Source of the DNA: a virus
Lineage: Duplodnaviria > Caudoviricetes
Virus record (IMG/VR): IMGVR_UViG_3300030372_003590
Coordinates: 1-39,671 of that record
Strand: one strand, 5' to 3'
Length of the DNA: 39,671 bases
The notes beneath the pieces are model-generated. The model ran no database searches, was not told the origin of the DNA, and saw nothing but the letters and a program-made list of their open reading frames with translations. Each line of letters starts with the position of its first letter. Within the stretch, counting starts at the first letter, position 1. The translations under genes were made by a program, and so were the position numbers. This document shows positions 27,172-35,647 of this stretch, one piece after another.

Positions 27172-28203
27172 ATGAGATATATCGGATCAAAAAATAATTT
27201 ACTAAACACGATTGACTTATTCATTAGAAAAAATATCGAATCAACAGAGGCGATGTCAATGTTTGATGCCTTTTCTGGAACAGGTTCCGTTGGTTCTTAT
27301 TTTAAAGATAGTTTCCAAATATATTCTAATGATAATTTATACTTTTCTTATTTGATTCAGAAAATTTTAATTGAAATGAATGACTACCCTTCATTTTACG
27401 GACTAAAAAAAATTGGAATTAATAACCCTTTTAATTTCTTGAATAACTCTAATGAAAAGTTATCTGGACATGTTTTTAACAGTTATTCAGATGGTGGCAT
27501 TTCGGAAAGAAGATACCTTAGTGCAGAAAATGGGCAAAAAATTGATTATATACTATTTCAAATTAATGAGTGGTTGGATCAAAAGGTAATCTCTTTAGTT
27601 GAGAAAGATTACATTTTGGGTTCTCTTGTTTATCACATTCCAAGTTTTTCAAATATTGGTGGCACATACAGTACATTCCTAAAACATTGGGATAAGAGAG
27701 CTTTAAAGAAATTTGAGTTTCATGGATTGCCTATTACAAATAATTCTAAAAGCAATCAATCTTTTTGCAATGACATTAATGAGGTTATAAATCAAATTGA
27801 TGCAGATATCTTGTACCTAGATCCTCCCTATAATCAGAGACAATATGCTCCGAATTATCACATGCTGGAATCTATAGCACAAGAAGACTTTAGTGAACTT
27901 AGAGGTAAGACAGGATTAAGAAACTATAGCAATCAAAAATCTGATTTCTGCGTAAAGAGTAAGGTAGGAGATGCTTTAGAAAAAGTCTTAGTCAATTCTA
28001 AAAGCAAGCACATTATTTTAAGCTATAGCTCAGATGGATTATTAAAATATGAGGAGATTGAAACTATTTTTAATAAAGTTGTATTGGAAGATACTTTTAA
28101 TTTTCAAAAAATACCATATAGAAAATTCAAAAGAATCAAAGGGCTTGATAAAGAAACTCTATATGAATACTTATTTTATGGTAGGCGTCAGAATAAACGT
28201 TAA
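27172..28203 (+). CDS. DNA adenine methyltransferase, D12 class, resembling the M.FokI N-terminal domain
   Basis: RYIGSK, DAFSGTGSV, SNDNLYFS, LKHWDKRAL, YLDPPYN motifs; visibly AT-rich. Confidence 0.9.
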   Translation: MRYIGSKNNLLNTIDLFIRKNIESTEAMSMFDAFSGTGSVGSYFKDSFQIYSNDNLYFSYLIQKILIEMNDYPSFYGLKKIGINNPFNFLNNSNEKLSGHVFNSYSDGGISERRYLSAENGQKIDYILFQINEWLDQKVISLVEKDYILGSLVYHIPSFSNIGGTYSTFLKHWDKRALKKFEFHGLPITNNSKSNQSFCNDINEVINQIDADILYLDPPYNQRQYAPNYHMLESIAQEDFSELRGKTGLRNYSNQKSDFCVKSKVGDALEKVLVNSKSKHIILSYSSDGLLKYEEIETIFNKVVLEDTFNFQKIPYRKFKRIKGLDKETLYEYLFYGRRQNKR

Positions 28204-28262
28204 GGTATAATGGAATTGGTGAAAAAATTTGCCTTTCATTTTAATCCTATTTAGGGGTATTT

Positions 28263-28466
28263 ATGGTTTGGGCTAGGAATGACTTTGATAAAATCTTTAG
28301 CAAGAAGCTCAATCGCGTTGATGAAGAAATTGATTGGGATGAAGAAGATTACGACTTTGATATTTTGTTTACACCAGACGAAGAACTGCCTGATAATGTC
28401 GTACCTGTAGAAGTATTTATGACAAAGCAAATACTAAAGATGTTAGGAGATAATGATGTTAGGTAA
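28263..28466 (+). CDS. Small acidic hypothetical protein
   Basis: ORF track; SD AGGGG. Confidence 0.65.
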   Translation: MVWARNDFDKIFSKKLNRVDEEIDWDEEDYDFDILFTPDEELPDNVVPVEVFMTKQILKMLGDNDVR

Positions 28467-28503
28467 GAAATCAAGAAAGCCGAGTAAAAAACGTGGCTAC
28501 TAA
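28453..28503 (+). CDS. Basic micropeptide MMLGKKSRKPSKKRGY
   Basis: Manual translation; AGGAG upstream. Confidence 0.4.
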   Translation: MMLGKKSRKPSKKRGY

Positions 28504-28672
28504 AAAGTCAATGAAAGTTGGAGGGGGTGGTCGTTTCTCCAAACTAGCAGGACAACTCAAGCGTAAAGGCGTGCGAGACCCTAAAGCTCTAGCTGCTAGT
28601 ATTGGTCGCAAGAAGTATGGTAAGGCTAAATTTCAAAAGATGGCTGCTGCTGGAAAGCGCAGAAAGAAATAG
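28493..28672 (+). CDS. Small basic protein (59 aa, GGGGRF..L...KGVRDP.ALAASIGRKKYG)
   Basis: Manual translation from GTG; motif recognised from environmental phage small proteins. Confidence 0.8.
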   Translation: MATKKSMKVGGGGRFSKLAGQLKRKGVRDPKALAASIGRKKYGKAKFQKMAAAGKRRKK

Positions 28673-29110
28673 TTATCCGTCAATGACATAGCCATATTCG
28701 GCTATAAGAACAGCTTCTGCTATACCGTCATCTGATATTTTAGTAATCTCGCTATCCAAAGATGGATAATGTTCAAGGGCTAGATCAATAGATTCTTGTT
28801 TGTTTTTAGACAAACCGTAGTATTTTTTCCATTCTTGTGGTCGAACAGTGTGCGTTTCTAATTCCAAAGCTGCACCTATACCCTCGAACAGACCCATACA
28901 TCGCACTAAAGATGCTGGCCTGGTTACTTTTTCTATAACTAATACATCAGGTAACAGGTCAAAGATGATATCCATTATTGATGGCAAGTCATAGCCGTGT
29001 CTGCCTGTGCCATCCATAGGCATACGGAATACTATAGGGGCTGTGTCTTTATCGTGGTGTACAAATGCCATTCCGCCGTACACACCAGGATCAACCCCTA
29101 ATATCATCAT
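28673..29110 (-). CDS. RuvC-like Holliday junction resolvase
   Basis: ILGVDPG, VIEK, PQEWKK, DGIAEA motifs. Confidence 0.85.
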   Translation of the reverse strand: MMILGVDPGVYGGMAFVHHDKDTAPIVFRMPMDGTGRHGYDLPSIMDIIFDLLPDVLVIEKVTRPASLVRCMGLFEGIGAALELETHTVRPQEWKKYYGLSKNKQESIDLALEHYPSLDSEITKISDDGIAEAVLIAEYGYVIDG

Positions 29111-29113
29111 GGT

Positions 29114-29311
29114 TTACAACTCCCTCTGTATTTCCTGATTCAACTCAATGATTTTTCTATTGATATCTTTGACTTCTTTCCCAATCGAATCGTTGTGGAA
29201 AGTTGTGATTAGATGTTGCATAGTTTCCAAAACGAAAGTCATTGTCACAAAAGTATTCACGATTTCTTTTACTGTTTTTCTGCTCATAGAAACTTGATCT
29301 TCTTCGCTCAT
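29114..29311 (-). CDS. Hypothetical protein
   Basis: ORF track; ATGA overlap with upstream gene. Confidence 0.65.
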   Translation of the reverse strand: MSEEDQVSMSRKTVKEIVNTFVTMTFVLETMQHLITTFHNDSIGKEVKDINRKIIELNQEIQREL

Positions 29312-29697
29312 GGTTTACAACTCCACGGTCTCCAGCTTCTTCCAGCTTCTAAGTAAATAATGTAAGCTGCAGTTAAATTCTCCGCGCCATTATATAAATT
29401 GAAGGTATTATGTAATCTTGGGTGGTAATCTTTCCTCACCTGCATGTAGCCCAAAGCCAACTGATTGTCGCCTGTAGCATACCAGCGCAAACTTGACTCG
29501 CAAAATGCAACTGACTCTACTTTGTGATACATGTAGCTTGGCCAGGGGCTATTTAAGTACGCTTCTTGGAACAAAATGTACCGTTCTTGCATGTATTCTG
29601 GCATGTCTGAACGTGCCTCAGCATTACTTTGCGGAAAAAACGCCCATACGAGGCTTACAATGGCTATGAGCAAAAAAAGAGGGATACTGCGCTTCAC
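29308..29697 (-). CDS. Secreted lysozyme-like lytic transglycosylase
   Basis: CES catalytic motif, GYMQV, N..AA..IY, W.PWSC; GTG 29697 gives a signal peptide MKRSIPLFLLIAIVSLVWAFF..AEA. Start uncertain. Confidence 0.75.
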   Translation of the reverse strand: MKRSIPLFLLIAIVSLVWAFFPQSNAEARSDMPEYMQERYILFQEAYLNSPWPSYMYHKVESVAFCESSLRWYATGDNQLALGYMQVRKDYHPRLHNTFNLYNGAENLTAAYIIYLEAGRSWRPWSCKP

Positions 29698-29812
29698 AGG
29701 AGGACGAAACGCAATACCCCAGTTAGGCGACGCTGTTAAGGAGAAAGGACAAATCCTTACAGGTCTTTTTGAGAGGTCGAATAGAGGGAAAGAGAAATAA
29801 CCACCTATTCTT
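29672..29812 (-). ncRNA. Putative three-hairpin small RNA/leader with anti-SD-like loops ending in a terminator-like stem
   Basis: Stems 29779-29810, 29729-29765 and 29681-29720 with pyrimidine-rich loops; last stem of 15 bp with three G-U pairs followed by a U tract. Confidence 0.6.
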
Positions 29813-29817
29813 TTTTT

Positions 29818-29846
29818 AGAGTATGTAATAATATTTTTCATGTCAA
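29818..29846 (-). promoter_or_regulatory. Promoter TTGACA-17-TACTCT
   Basis: Near-consensus sigma70 promoter immediately upstream of the hairpin RNA. Confidence 0.7.
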
Positions 29847-30707
29847 CTACTCCTTTACCTTAGATGCTTTATATTGTGAGCAAAATGGTTGTACTGAACA
29901 GTACGATTCACAACGCACATCTTCACCTGGTCGTTCAACTACTGTATTACCCTTCTTGTTAGACCTCATCCATGCTTGCGCGTCTTGCATAGAATCCAGT
30001 AATCGAAATGCTGACTTCCTTCCATTGCCCATAACTGCAAATTTTGTAGGTCGTGTCCATTTATCTTCTTGGGTGCAGAATGGTAGCTGTTCTTTTGCCT
30101 GTTCGTGCATCTGAATACGACTACGCAAAAATTCTTCTACTCGTTCATCAGTCCACATGCGTATCTTATATTCAACGACTTGCGATGCTGGATAGTTTTG
30201 TTCATTGAGTGCTTTTGTTTTACTCCAGTCTCGTAAAATAAAAACGGCTGCAACATGCTCAACTTCCCAACCTTCCTGACGACCGAGCCAGCCGTATATA
30301 TTTAATTGTTGTTCTCTCTCGATTCTCACGCCATTTATAATCTCCCACACTGACGCGGTTTTAAGGTCATATATGGTCTTTGTTTGCCTGTCAAATACGT
30401 CTGCTTGCCCTGAAATAGTAGTGCCATCTAGCTCTGCAAACATTCTATGTTCACTTACTAGCGTTTCTCCACCATCTTCTTCGATGGCAGATTCAACTAC
30501 TTTATGGGTGGCACTACCTAGTAATGACCATATCCTGTCTGAAGCATCTTCTTCTATTTGATCTCGAAACTTACGACGTAGTGCGACTATTCTAGGTGGG
30601 TCTAGTAACTCTGTTGCTGAGTAGTCTGCTTGTGAGTCATGCGACTTGCCCCAGTATTCAATGCTTTGCACTAAAAACTTAGGCAAATTCTCTTTATTTG
30701 TAATCAA
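29847..30707 (-). CDS. PD-(D/E)XK RecB/Cas4-like exonuclease
   Basis: SATEL, LGSATH, ISGQAD, YDLKT, QLNIY motifs and C-terminal C...C.....C cluster. Confidence 0.85.
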   Translation of the reverse strand: MITNKENLPKFLVQSIEYWGKSHDSQADYSATELLDPPRIVALRRKFRDQIEEDASDRIWSLLGSATHKVVESAIEEDGGETLVSEHRMFAELDGTTISGQADVFDRQTKTIYDLKTASVWEIINGVRIEREQQLNIYGWLGRQEGWEVEHVAAVFILRDWSKTKALNEQNYPASQVVEYKIRMWTDERVEEFLRSRIQMHEQAKEQLPFCTQEDKWTRPTKFAVMGNGRKSAFRLLDSMQDAQAWMRSNKKGNTVVERPGEDVRCESYCSVQPFCSQYKASKVKE

Positions 30708-30708
30708 T

Positions 30709-31056
30709 TCATTCTCCTTTTATCAACCAACCTTGTTCTTCTGCCCAGATGCTATGCTCACTAACGTAGCTATTGCAGCTAAAGCAACACGGAACGAGAT
30801 TTTTCTCCTGGTGCGCCTTTATTATTCCACCGCCCCTAGCCCTTGTCAATCGTTCATGTACTGATTGAACGAAGTGCGTACAGTCAGGTGATTGTATAGC
30901 GCATGGTTTCCTCCCATTCCCTACCGCTTGTTTAACATACGGAACACGGACTTCTTTATAAAACTTAGCCATTTTTTTACTACGAGCATTTAACCTAGAT
31001 CTTTTCATAGGTTTACTGCTACGTTTCATAGGGCTACGCTTCATTTCAAACTCCAC
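30709..31056 (-). CDS. HNH-like zinc-binding nuclease
   Basis: MKRSP basic repeats, C......C, HE..R.RGG, NL..CC..CN. Confidence 0.7.
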   Translation of the reverse strand: MEFEMKRSPMKRSSKPMKRSRLNARSKKMAKFYKEVRVPYVKQAVGNGRKPCAIQSPDCTHFVQSVHERLTRARGGGIIKAHQEKNLVPCCFSCNSYVSEHSIWAEEQGWLIKGE

Positions 31057-31298
31057 TCCCTACTAGCACCGTTCTTGTACTGCCCAGATAGAGACATTTT
31101 AGATTCCATCTTATAGGTATCTTCAAACTGTCTGCCTATAGGGTGTGACTTTGTGTAGCCACAATGCTTACATTTTCCTAGAATCTTTCGATATCTTTTT
31201 CTCGATGGAACATGGTAGTTATTTTTAGTCCATCGTTCATGAGCTTCTTCATGAGTTTCTAAAACCAGGTGATGTGGAGGGCATGTTTTTTCAGTCAT
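31041..31298 (-). CDS. Small zinc-ribbon protein
   Basis: CPPHH...GKCKHCG motif. Confidence 0.7.
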   Translation of the reverse strand: MTEKTCPPHHLVLETHEEAHERWTKNNYHVPSRKRYRKILGKCKHCGYTKSHPIGRQFEDTYKMESKMSLSGQYKNGASREWSLK

Positions 31299-31309
31299 AT
31301 TCTATCCTT

Positions 31310-31470
31310 TATACTTGATTCAACAGTTGCGCAAGTGTACGCAAGTGTCGAGATAATTTTCTGTATACCTTAAAACCTTAGTGCTGACGTGGGGGGTTGA
31401 CAAGTGTGTTACGCTTGAAAACGCGAAGCGACAAGCCTTAAGCGATCAGGAGCAAGCGTTGGGGGGCGAT
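31310..31470. repeat. Intergenic hexamer repeats (CAAGTG/CAAGCG variants), candidate replication origin
   Basis: GCAAGTGT x2 (31331, 31341), CAAGTG 31401, AAGC(G/C) copies 31425-31458; downstream of the helicase gene. Confidence 0.45.
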
Positions 31471-31475
31471 CTGTT

Positions 31476-32777
31476 CTAAATATCATCTTCTCCCCTAACG
31501 GAATATCTCTTGTTTCTGCCATCTTGTTCACTTGAAAGAAGTAGGGATGAGGATAGTTTTCTACTAGCCCAAGATTCACTTCTATCAAAATGTTCTGCAA
31601 ACTGCATAGACGTAACTGATCCTTCATGCCATATATAGTTTAACTGATCCTTCGTTAGTTCGCTTTGAGTCTGTTTCTTCTCCTCTACTTCTTCTGGTTC
31701 TGGAAACTCTGATGGATCTATATGATAAAGCCCTCTAATCTCTGCTGATTCTTCACCTTCTGAAGTTGTTTTTGTCTCGAAAACCCATCTATACGCTAAT
31801 GGTGCGCTGATATTGAAATCATTTGACTTGGTAAGCGTCAGTTTTTGAAACATAACATCACCTTCTGATACTCCATCTAAGCGAAATACTGAATCACTGG
31901 CTGCATCTTGTAAGACAGATCCAAACACGGTCTTGTTGTGTGCCTGACCAGGTTGGGATTTACTGGTATGCGCAATGGCTAACCAACTTATACCAAATGA
32001 ATTTAAAGTGTCCATCGTTTTGTTGACTTGCACATCGTCAATCAATGATGCCCCACTCCTCGAAAGGGAATCCAAGATAACAACTTTTATATCTTCCTTT
32101 TCAATAATTGTCTTGATAGAGCTTGCCATAGAGGGCAATGTCTTACCGCGCCCATGTAAAAACATAAGCGATCTATTGAATGGCAGTCCAAGTGCCTTGT
32201 TAACCATGAGTAACCTTCTGCGTAATGACCTCTCAGAGCGTTCCAAATTGATGTATAAAACGTTGGCTTGCCTATTGGGTACGATTACTCCTTTTTTACC
32301 TGAATCAATACTGACGGCTAACAGGAGAGAGAACCAACTTTTCCCTGTACCAGGTGAGGCAAAAAGAATTGTTCCACTTTCACCACCCAGTACAAAAGGC
32401 TTAGCAATAAAATCAATAGGATCGTATTCCACTGGCTCAGTTCTAGTCACCTCTACTGCATTAGACCAGTTATCGTATGCCTGATCGCAGAAGGTTAGCA
32501 TGTCATCTTCTGCTGTATCTTCTGTGTAATCTGGTTTCTCTAATGGCAATTTTGTAAACTTTTTGTGTGCCGAACGTATCAGTCTTGTTCTTGTTTCTCT
32601 TTTGCCAAATGCTAGATCGTCAAAATCTAATGTATGGTTGTCAAACAAAATTGATACTTTCGCGTATTGATGACTCCTTTCTATTCTAATGTTGGTGGCT
32701 AGGAACCGTATGTAGTGTTTTCCCATTTGCCTTCTTGCAATTACTCTTGTCTCGTCAGCCCACCACTCTAGTGCCAT
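31476..32777 (-). CDS. RecA-fold AAA_25 (RSF1010 RepA-like) helicase with C-terminal winged HTH
   Basis: ASPGTGKS, VLYINLE, VILDSL, IAHTSK, FGS motifs; terminal HTH-like segment; start set to ATG 32777 by SD. Confidence 0.85.
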   Translation of the reverse strand: MALEWWADETRVIARRQMGKHYIRFLATNIRIERSHQYAKVSILFDNHTLDFDDLAFGKRETRTRLIRSAHKKFTKLPLEKPDYTEDTAEDDMLTFCDQAYDNWSNAVEVTRTEPVEYDPIDFIAKPFVLGGESGTILFASPGTGKSWFSLLLAVSIDSGKKGVIVPNRQANVLYINLERSERSLRRRLLMVNKALGLPFNRSLMFLHGRGKTLPSMASSIKTIIEKEDIKVVILDSLSRSGASLIDDVQVNKTMDTLNSFGISWLAIAHTSKSQPGQAHNKTVFGSVLQDAASDSVFRLDGVSEGDVMFQKLTLTKSNDFNISAPLAYRWVFETKTTSEGEESAEIRGLYHIDPSEFPEPEEVEEKKQTQSELTKDQLNYIWHEGSVTSMQFAEHFDRSESWASRKLSSSLLLSSEQDGRNKRYSVRGEDDI

Positions 32778-33006
32778 TCTTTCTTTCCCTCCTTTTAGCT
32801 GGTTGTGCATTATACTTCTGCTCAAAATATTCTCTGTCATTCATTGGGGGTAATGATTCTACACTAATTTCACAATCATGGTAGGTTCCGTCACTGGCGT
32901 GGAACTTCTTTAACCCTGAACGAAACCTCTCAATGGTTATTTCTTCTTCACATATCGAACAGATTTGTATTGGAATATTTAAATACTTTGCATAATGTCT
33001 GGTCAT
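32755..33006 (-). CDS. Small zinc-binding hypothetical protein
   Basis: CSIC...DGTYHDC motif. Confidence 0.65.
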   Translation of the reverse strand: MTRHYAKYLNIPIQICSICEEEITIERFRSGLKKFHASDGTYHDCEISVESLPPMNDREYFEQKYNAQPAKRRERKNGTRVVG

Positions 33007-33350
33007 CGCATCGTACTGCCTAATTCACTCGAAAAGCTAGTTTGCACCAATTTTCCTGAATTTAGACCTTCTGTAAGCGACGTATGAGCGTTTTTTCCCT
33101 CGTCACTATACTTAGGTATTGCCAATTCTTCGGTTGGTAAGGAGTAATGTACAAGACTATTACCTGATGGTTGCTTTACAAGTGTGCGTACTAGTTTTCC
33201 TTCTTCTGCTAATCTTCTTGCCGTTCTATCTGCTGAAGTGCCTAGCCAGCCCCACGGCGTTTGTCTCTTTTGAAGATCGTAACTTGGTACTGATTCTGGG
33301 TGTCGCGCCTCTACGACATTCAATACAATTTTCTTTTGTGTGAATTTCAT
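33003..33350 (-). CDS. Winged-helix-like DNA-binding protein
   Basis: Strong SD AAGGAGG before ATG 33350; SADRTARRLAEEGKL helix plus wing. Confidence 0.65.
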   Translation of the reverse strand: MKFTQKKIVLNVVEARHPESVPSYDLQKRQTPWGWLGTSADRTARRLAEEGKLVRTLVKQPSGNSLVHYSLPTEELAIPKYSDEGKNAHTSLTEGLNSGKLVQTSFSSELGSTMR

Positions 33351-33369
33351 TGTCTCCTCCTTGTATAAA

Positions 33370-33410
33370 CACCTTGCCATGAGCACTCCCCAGCTACCCA
33401 TGACAAGGTG
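33370..33410 (-). promoter_or_regulatory. 12-bp intergenic hairpin upstream of an RBS
   Basis: CACCUUGUCAUG/CAUGGCAAGGUG, fully paired on the minus strand using one G-U. Confidence 0.6.
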
Positions 33411-33430
33411 GTATGTAAAAACCTTAACTG

Positions 33431-34474
33431 CTACTCAAGTTCAAACTTTGTGATTTGCCCTTGATTGTGAATAAAAGAAAGATCCTCCCTTGAGAGAGGG
33501 TTCTCTTTTAAATTCGCCTGAAGTGCGTCAAGGTAAGAACGAGTTACTTTTAGATTACCTTTTGATTCTAAATCTAATGCCGTTGGTTTGCTTTTTACAG
33601 TCATGTTTCTTGCTAGTAATTTTGTTCCTTTCTTATACGCCTCCCATGCAATTTGAATCCATGTAATAAGCTCCTTGTCATCGATAGTAGAACCTCCCTT
33701 AGATCTACTTTCTCTGCGCTCACTAAGAGTTTTTACGATATGAAGTCGAAGCTGTATCGATGGATCGTCATCACCGTGTTTGTTCGGTGCACTTCCGTGT
33801 ATAAAATTGCTCCAAAACCGATTAGACAAATCATAATCTTCTCTGTCGTGTACCATTTTCATAACAGATAGAGCATGTTTTTTTACACCTGTGCCTATAT
33901 TTTTAACTGCCCTATCTGCAATTTCTATATAAGGTTGGCAGATATAATCTTCACCCATTTCTACCCAGAGTGCATTTGCTTCTGCGCCTGTGAATCCCAG
34001 CCCTTTTTCCAAAGAATAAACTACTTTGGATTGTTGAAGTTTCCAAATCAACTGCATAATACTAGCAGAAAGACTAGGTTTTAAGGCTCCTGAATCTTTC
34101 AATATGTCTGCTGGTTTCCTTGTTTTTCCTTGATCGTAATAAGGATACAAATCTTCTGGCATGTTTCTGTATACGTGCCAAAGTAACATTCTTCCTGTTC
34201 GTATTATTGCTGCCATTCGATGCTGCCCATTTTGTAAAGTTCCATCTTTCCCAAAACGAATAGGATCTGCAATAACTGATGCATAAGAATCCGTTTCAAT
34301 GTCTCTCACATACTTATCTACTGCAACATCAGAACGCCTACGATTAGTTAGCCTTTGATTTGCAAGATATTCTTGCGCCTGTTCCGAAGTAATTGTTTCT
34401 AAGTACAGTGCTGCACCGTCTAAAACTGTTCCTGTTTTTTTATATTTGTACAATAGCGTTGATTGTTCTTTCAT
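33431..34474 (-). CDS. ParB/Srx-like N-terminal domain protein
   Basis: NR..S..V.KY..D, PI.F..DG.L.NGQHR..A motif. Confidence 0.75.
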   Translation of the reverse strand: MKEQSTLLYKYKKTGTVLDGAALYLETITSEQAQEYLANQRLTNRRRSDVAVDKYVRDIETDSYASVIADPIRFGKDGTLQNGQHRMAAIIRTGRMLLWHVYRNMPEDLYPYYDQGKTRKPADILKDSGALKPSLSASIMQLIWKLQQSKVVYSLEKGLGFTGAEANALWVEMGEDYICQPYIEIADRAVKNIGTGVKKHALSVMKMVHDREDYDLSNRFWSNFIHGSAPNKHGDDDPSIQLRLHIVKTLSERRESRSKGGSTIDDKELITWIQIAWEAYKKGTKLLARNMTVKSKPTALDLESKGNLKVTRSYLDALQANLKENPLSREDLSFIHNQGQITKFELE

Positions 34475-34487
34475 GTTCTAGTCCTCC

Positions 34488-34916
34488 TTAGACTACTATC
34501 TCTCTATCTGTCAATGCTTTTGATCTCCAAACTGAATGATTTTTCTCTGTTCCATTCAGATCTTTAGGGCAATAAAATTTTGCTGGTACTTTTGTCTCAA
34601 CACCATCAATGATTTCCACATCATATTCTTGGTATTGAGGGATAGTCTCGCGTAATTCTACTTCTGTATGTTCTGGACAATACAGTGTTACCCCATAGGT
34701 AGACTTAAAAGATCCCTGTTCTTGCGTAGCAGTAGGTCTTTGTGTCTGTGCTTGTGGCTTTGTTGTTGATACTTCACCGAATAGTCCTATCGTACCGTCA
34801 ATGTGCGAAGGTACAATCGATAAATCATCTACAATAATACGCCACTTTATGTTATGCCCTCTATACTCCCTTTCTATTTCAACTTCCCATTGCTTATCTT
34901 GTCTTTCATCGACCAT
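34488..34916 (-). CDS. Hypothetical protein with CPEH/CP..H zinc motif
   Basis: Start at ATG 34916 after GAAAGGA. Confidence 0.7.
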   Translation of the reverse strand: MVDERQDKQWEVEIEREYRGHNIKWRIIVDDLSIVPSHIDGTIGLFGEVSTTKPQAQTQRPTATQEQGSFKSTYGVTLYCPEHTEVELRETIPQYQEYDVEIIDGVETKVPAKFYCPKDLNGTEKNHSVWRSKALTDREIVV

Positions 34917-34966
34917 TTTGAATCCTTTCATTATGGCTTCATTTATCAAACGAGATTTACCAGAAA

Positions 34967-35323
34967 TCAGTTTACTTGTGCTAAGTTTGCTAGTATTTGT
35001 AATTCTGATAACCCTATTTTTATTCCGTCATTCAGCAATTCTATATTCTTGGTTGCATCGTTGACGGATCTACGATGTTCCAAAGACTCTTTGAACATAA
35101 CCTGATATTCCTCGTTGTCATCAAGCAATAACAGTAGTTCATTGTCACGGTCAGATTGATTCCTCCCATCTGTCTTTATCTTTGCACGAATAAGACTGCA
35201 TTTATATTCACAATCCTTCGCCATTGCTAATTCCTCATAAAGAAATTCTTTAGCTTGATCGCGTTGGAATATTAGATCTTGTACTGTGTTGGACACTTCA
35301 TCGTGTCGTTCCAGTAAGTCCAC
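34967..35323 (-). CDS. Coiled-coil hypothetical protein
   Basis: ORF track; GRN..DRD motif; TAGTG coupling. Confidence 0.7.
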   Translation of the reverse strand: MDLLERHDEVSNTVQDLIFQRDQAKEFLYEELAMAKDCEYKCSLIRAKIKTDGRNQSDRDNELLLLLDDNEEYQVMFKESLEHRRSVNDATKNIELLNDGIKIGLSELQILANLAQVN

Positions 35324-35595
35324 TACTCCTCCTCGATAAGAATAAGGTTATGAGGTTCTTTACTGACCGTAATAAACGAATCTGAAACCTGATATCTTAC
35401 TCTGCCAAAACTTCTATTGACTCCAACAATCTCTACTAATGAGCGTAGCTCTAAAGGACGGTCTTTACCGTCTTGCCCTTTAGGTAGCTTGCCATTCTGT
35501 AAAAAGTGACTATGAGTAGCCCCAATAGCGTAGGCTTTTTTACCTACATGCTTTCGAGCATCTTCTAAATCAGAAATTTCTATAACTGTCTCCAT
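35323..35595 (-). CDS. Hypothetical SH3-like protein
   Basis: ORF track; SFGRVRYQV motif; SD GAAAGGG. Confidence 0.7.
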   Translation of the reverse strand: METVIEISDLEDARKHVGKKAYAIGATHSHFLQNGKLPKGQDGKDRPLELRSLVEIVGVNRSFGRVRYQVSDSFITVSKEPHNLILIEEE

Positions 35596-35618
35596 ATTTT
35601 CCCTTTCTGTGTGTGGTT

Positions 35619-35647
35619 ATAGTACACTAATTATACATTGTAATCAA
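35619..35647 (-). promoter_or_regulatory. Promoter TTGATT-17-TACTAT
   Basis: Motif spacing in an intergenic gap. Confidence 0.5.

Noticed and set aside
29681-29810. Plus-strand CsrA/RsmA sponge with GGA loops
   Set aside because: On the plus strand the main stem has three A-C mismatches, and the promoter and U-tract are on the minus strand.
29698-29841. N-terminal extension of the transglycosylase from ATG 29841
   Set aside because: The ATG lies within the promoter, and the extension would bury the signal peptide.
29847-30707. CRISPR-associated cas4
   Set aside because: No array or other cas genes; solo Cas4-like nucleases are common phage recombination proteins.
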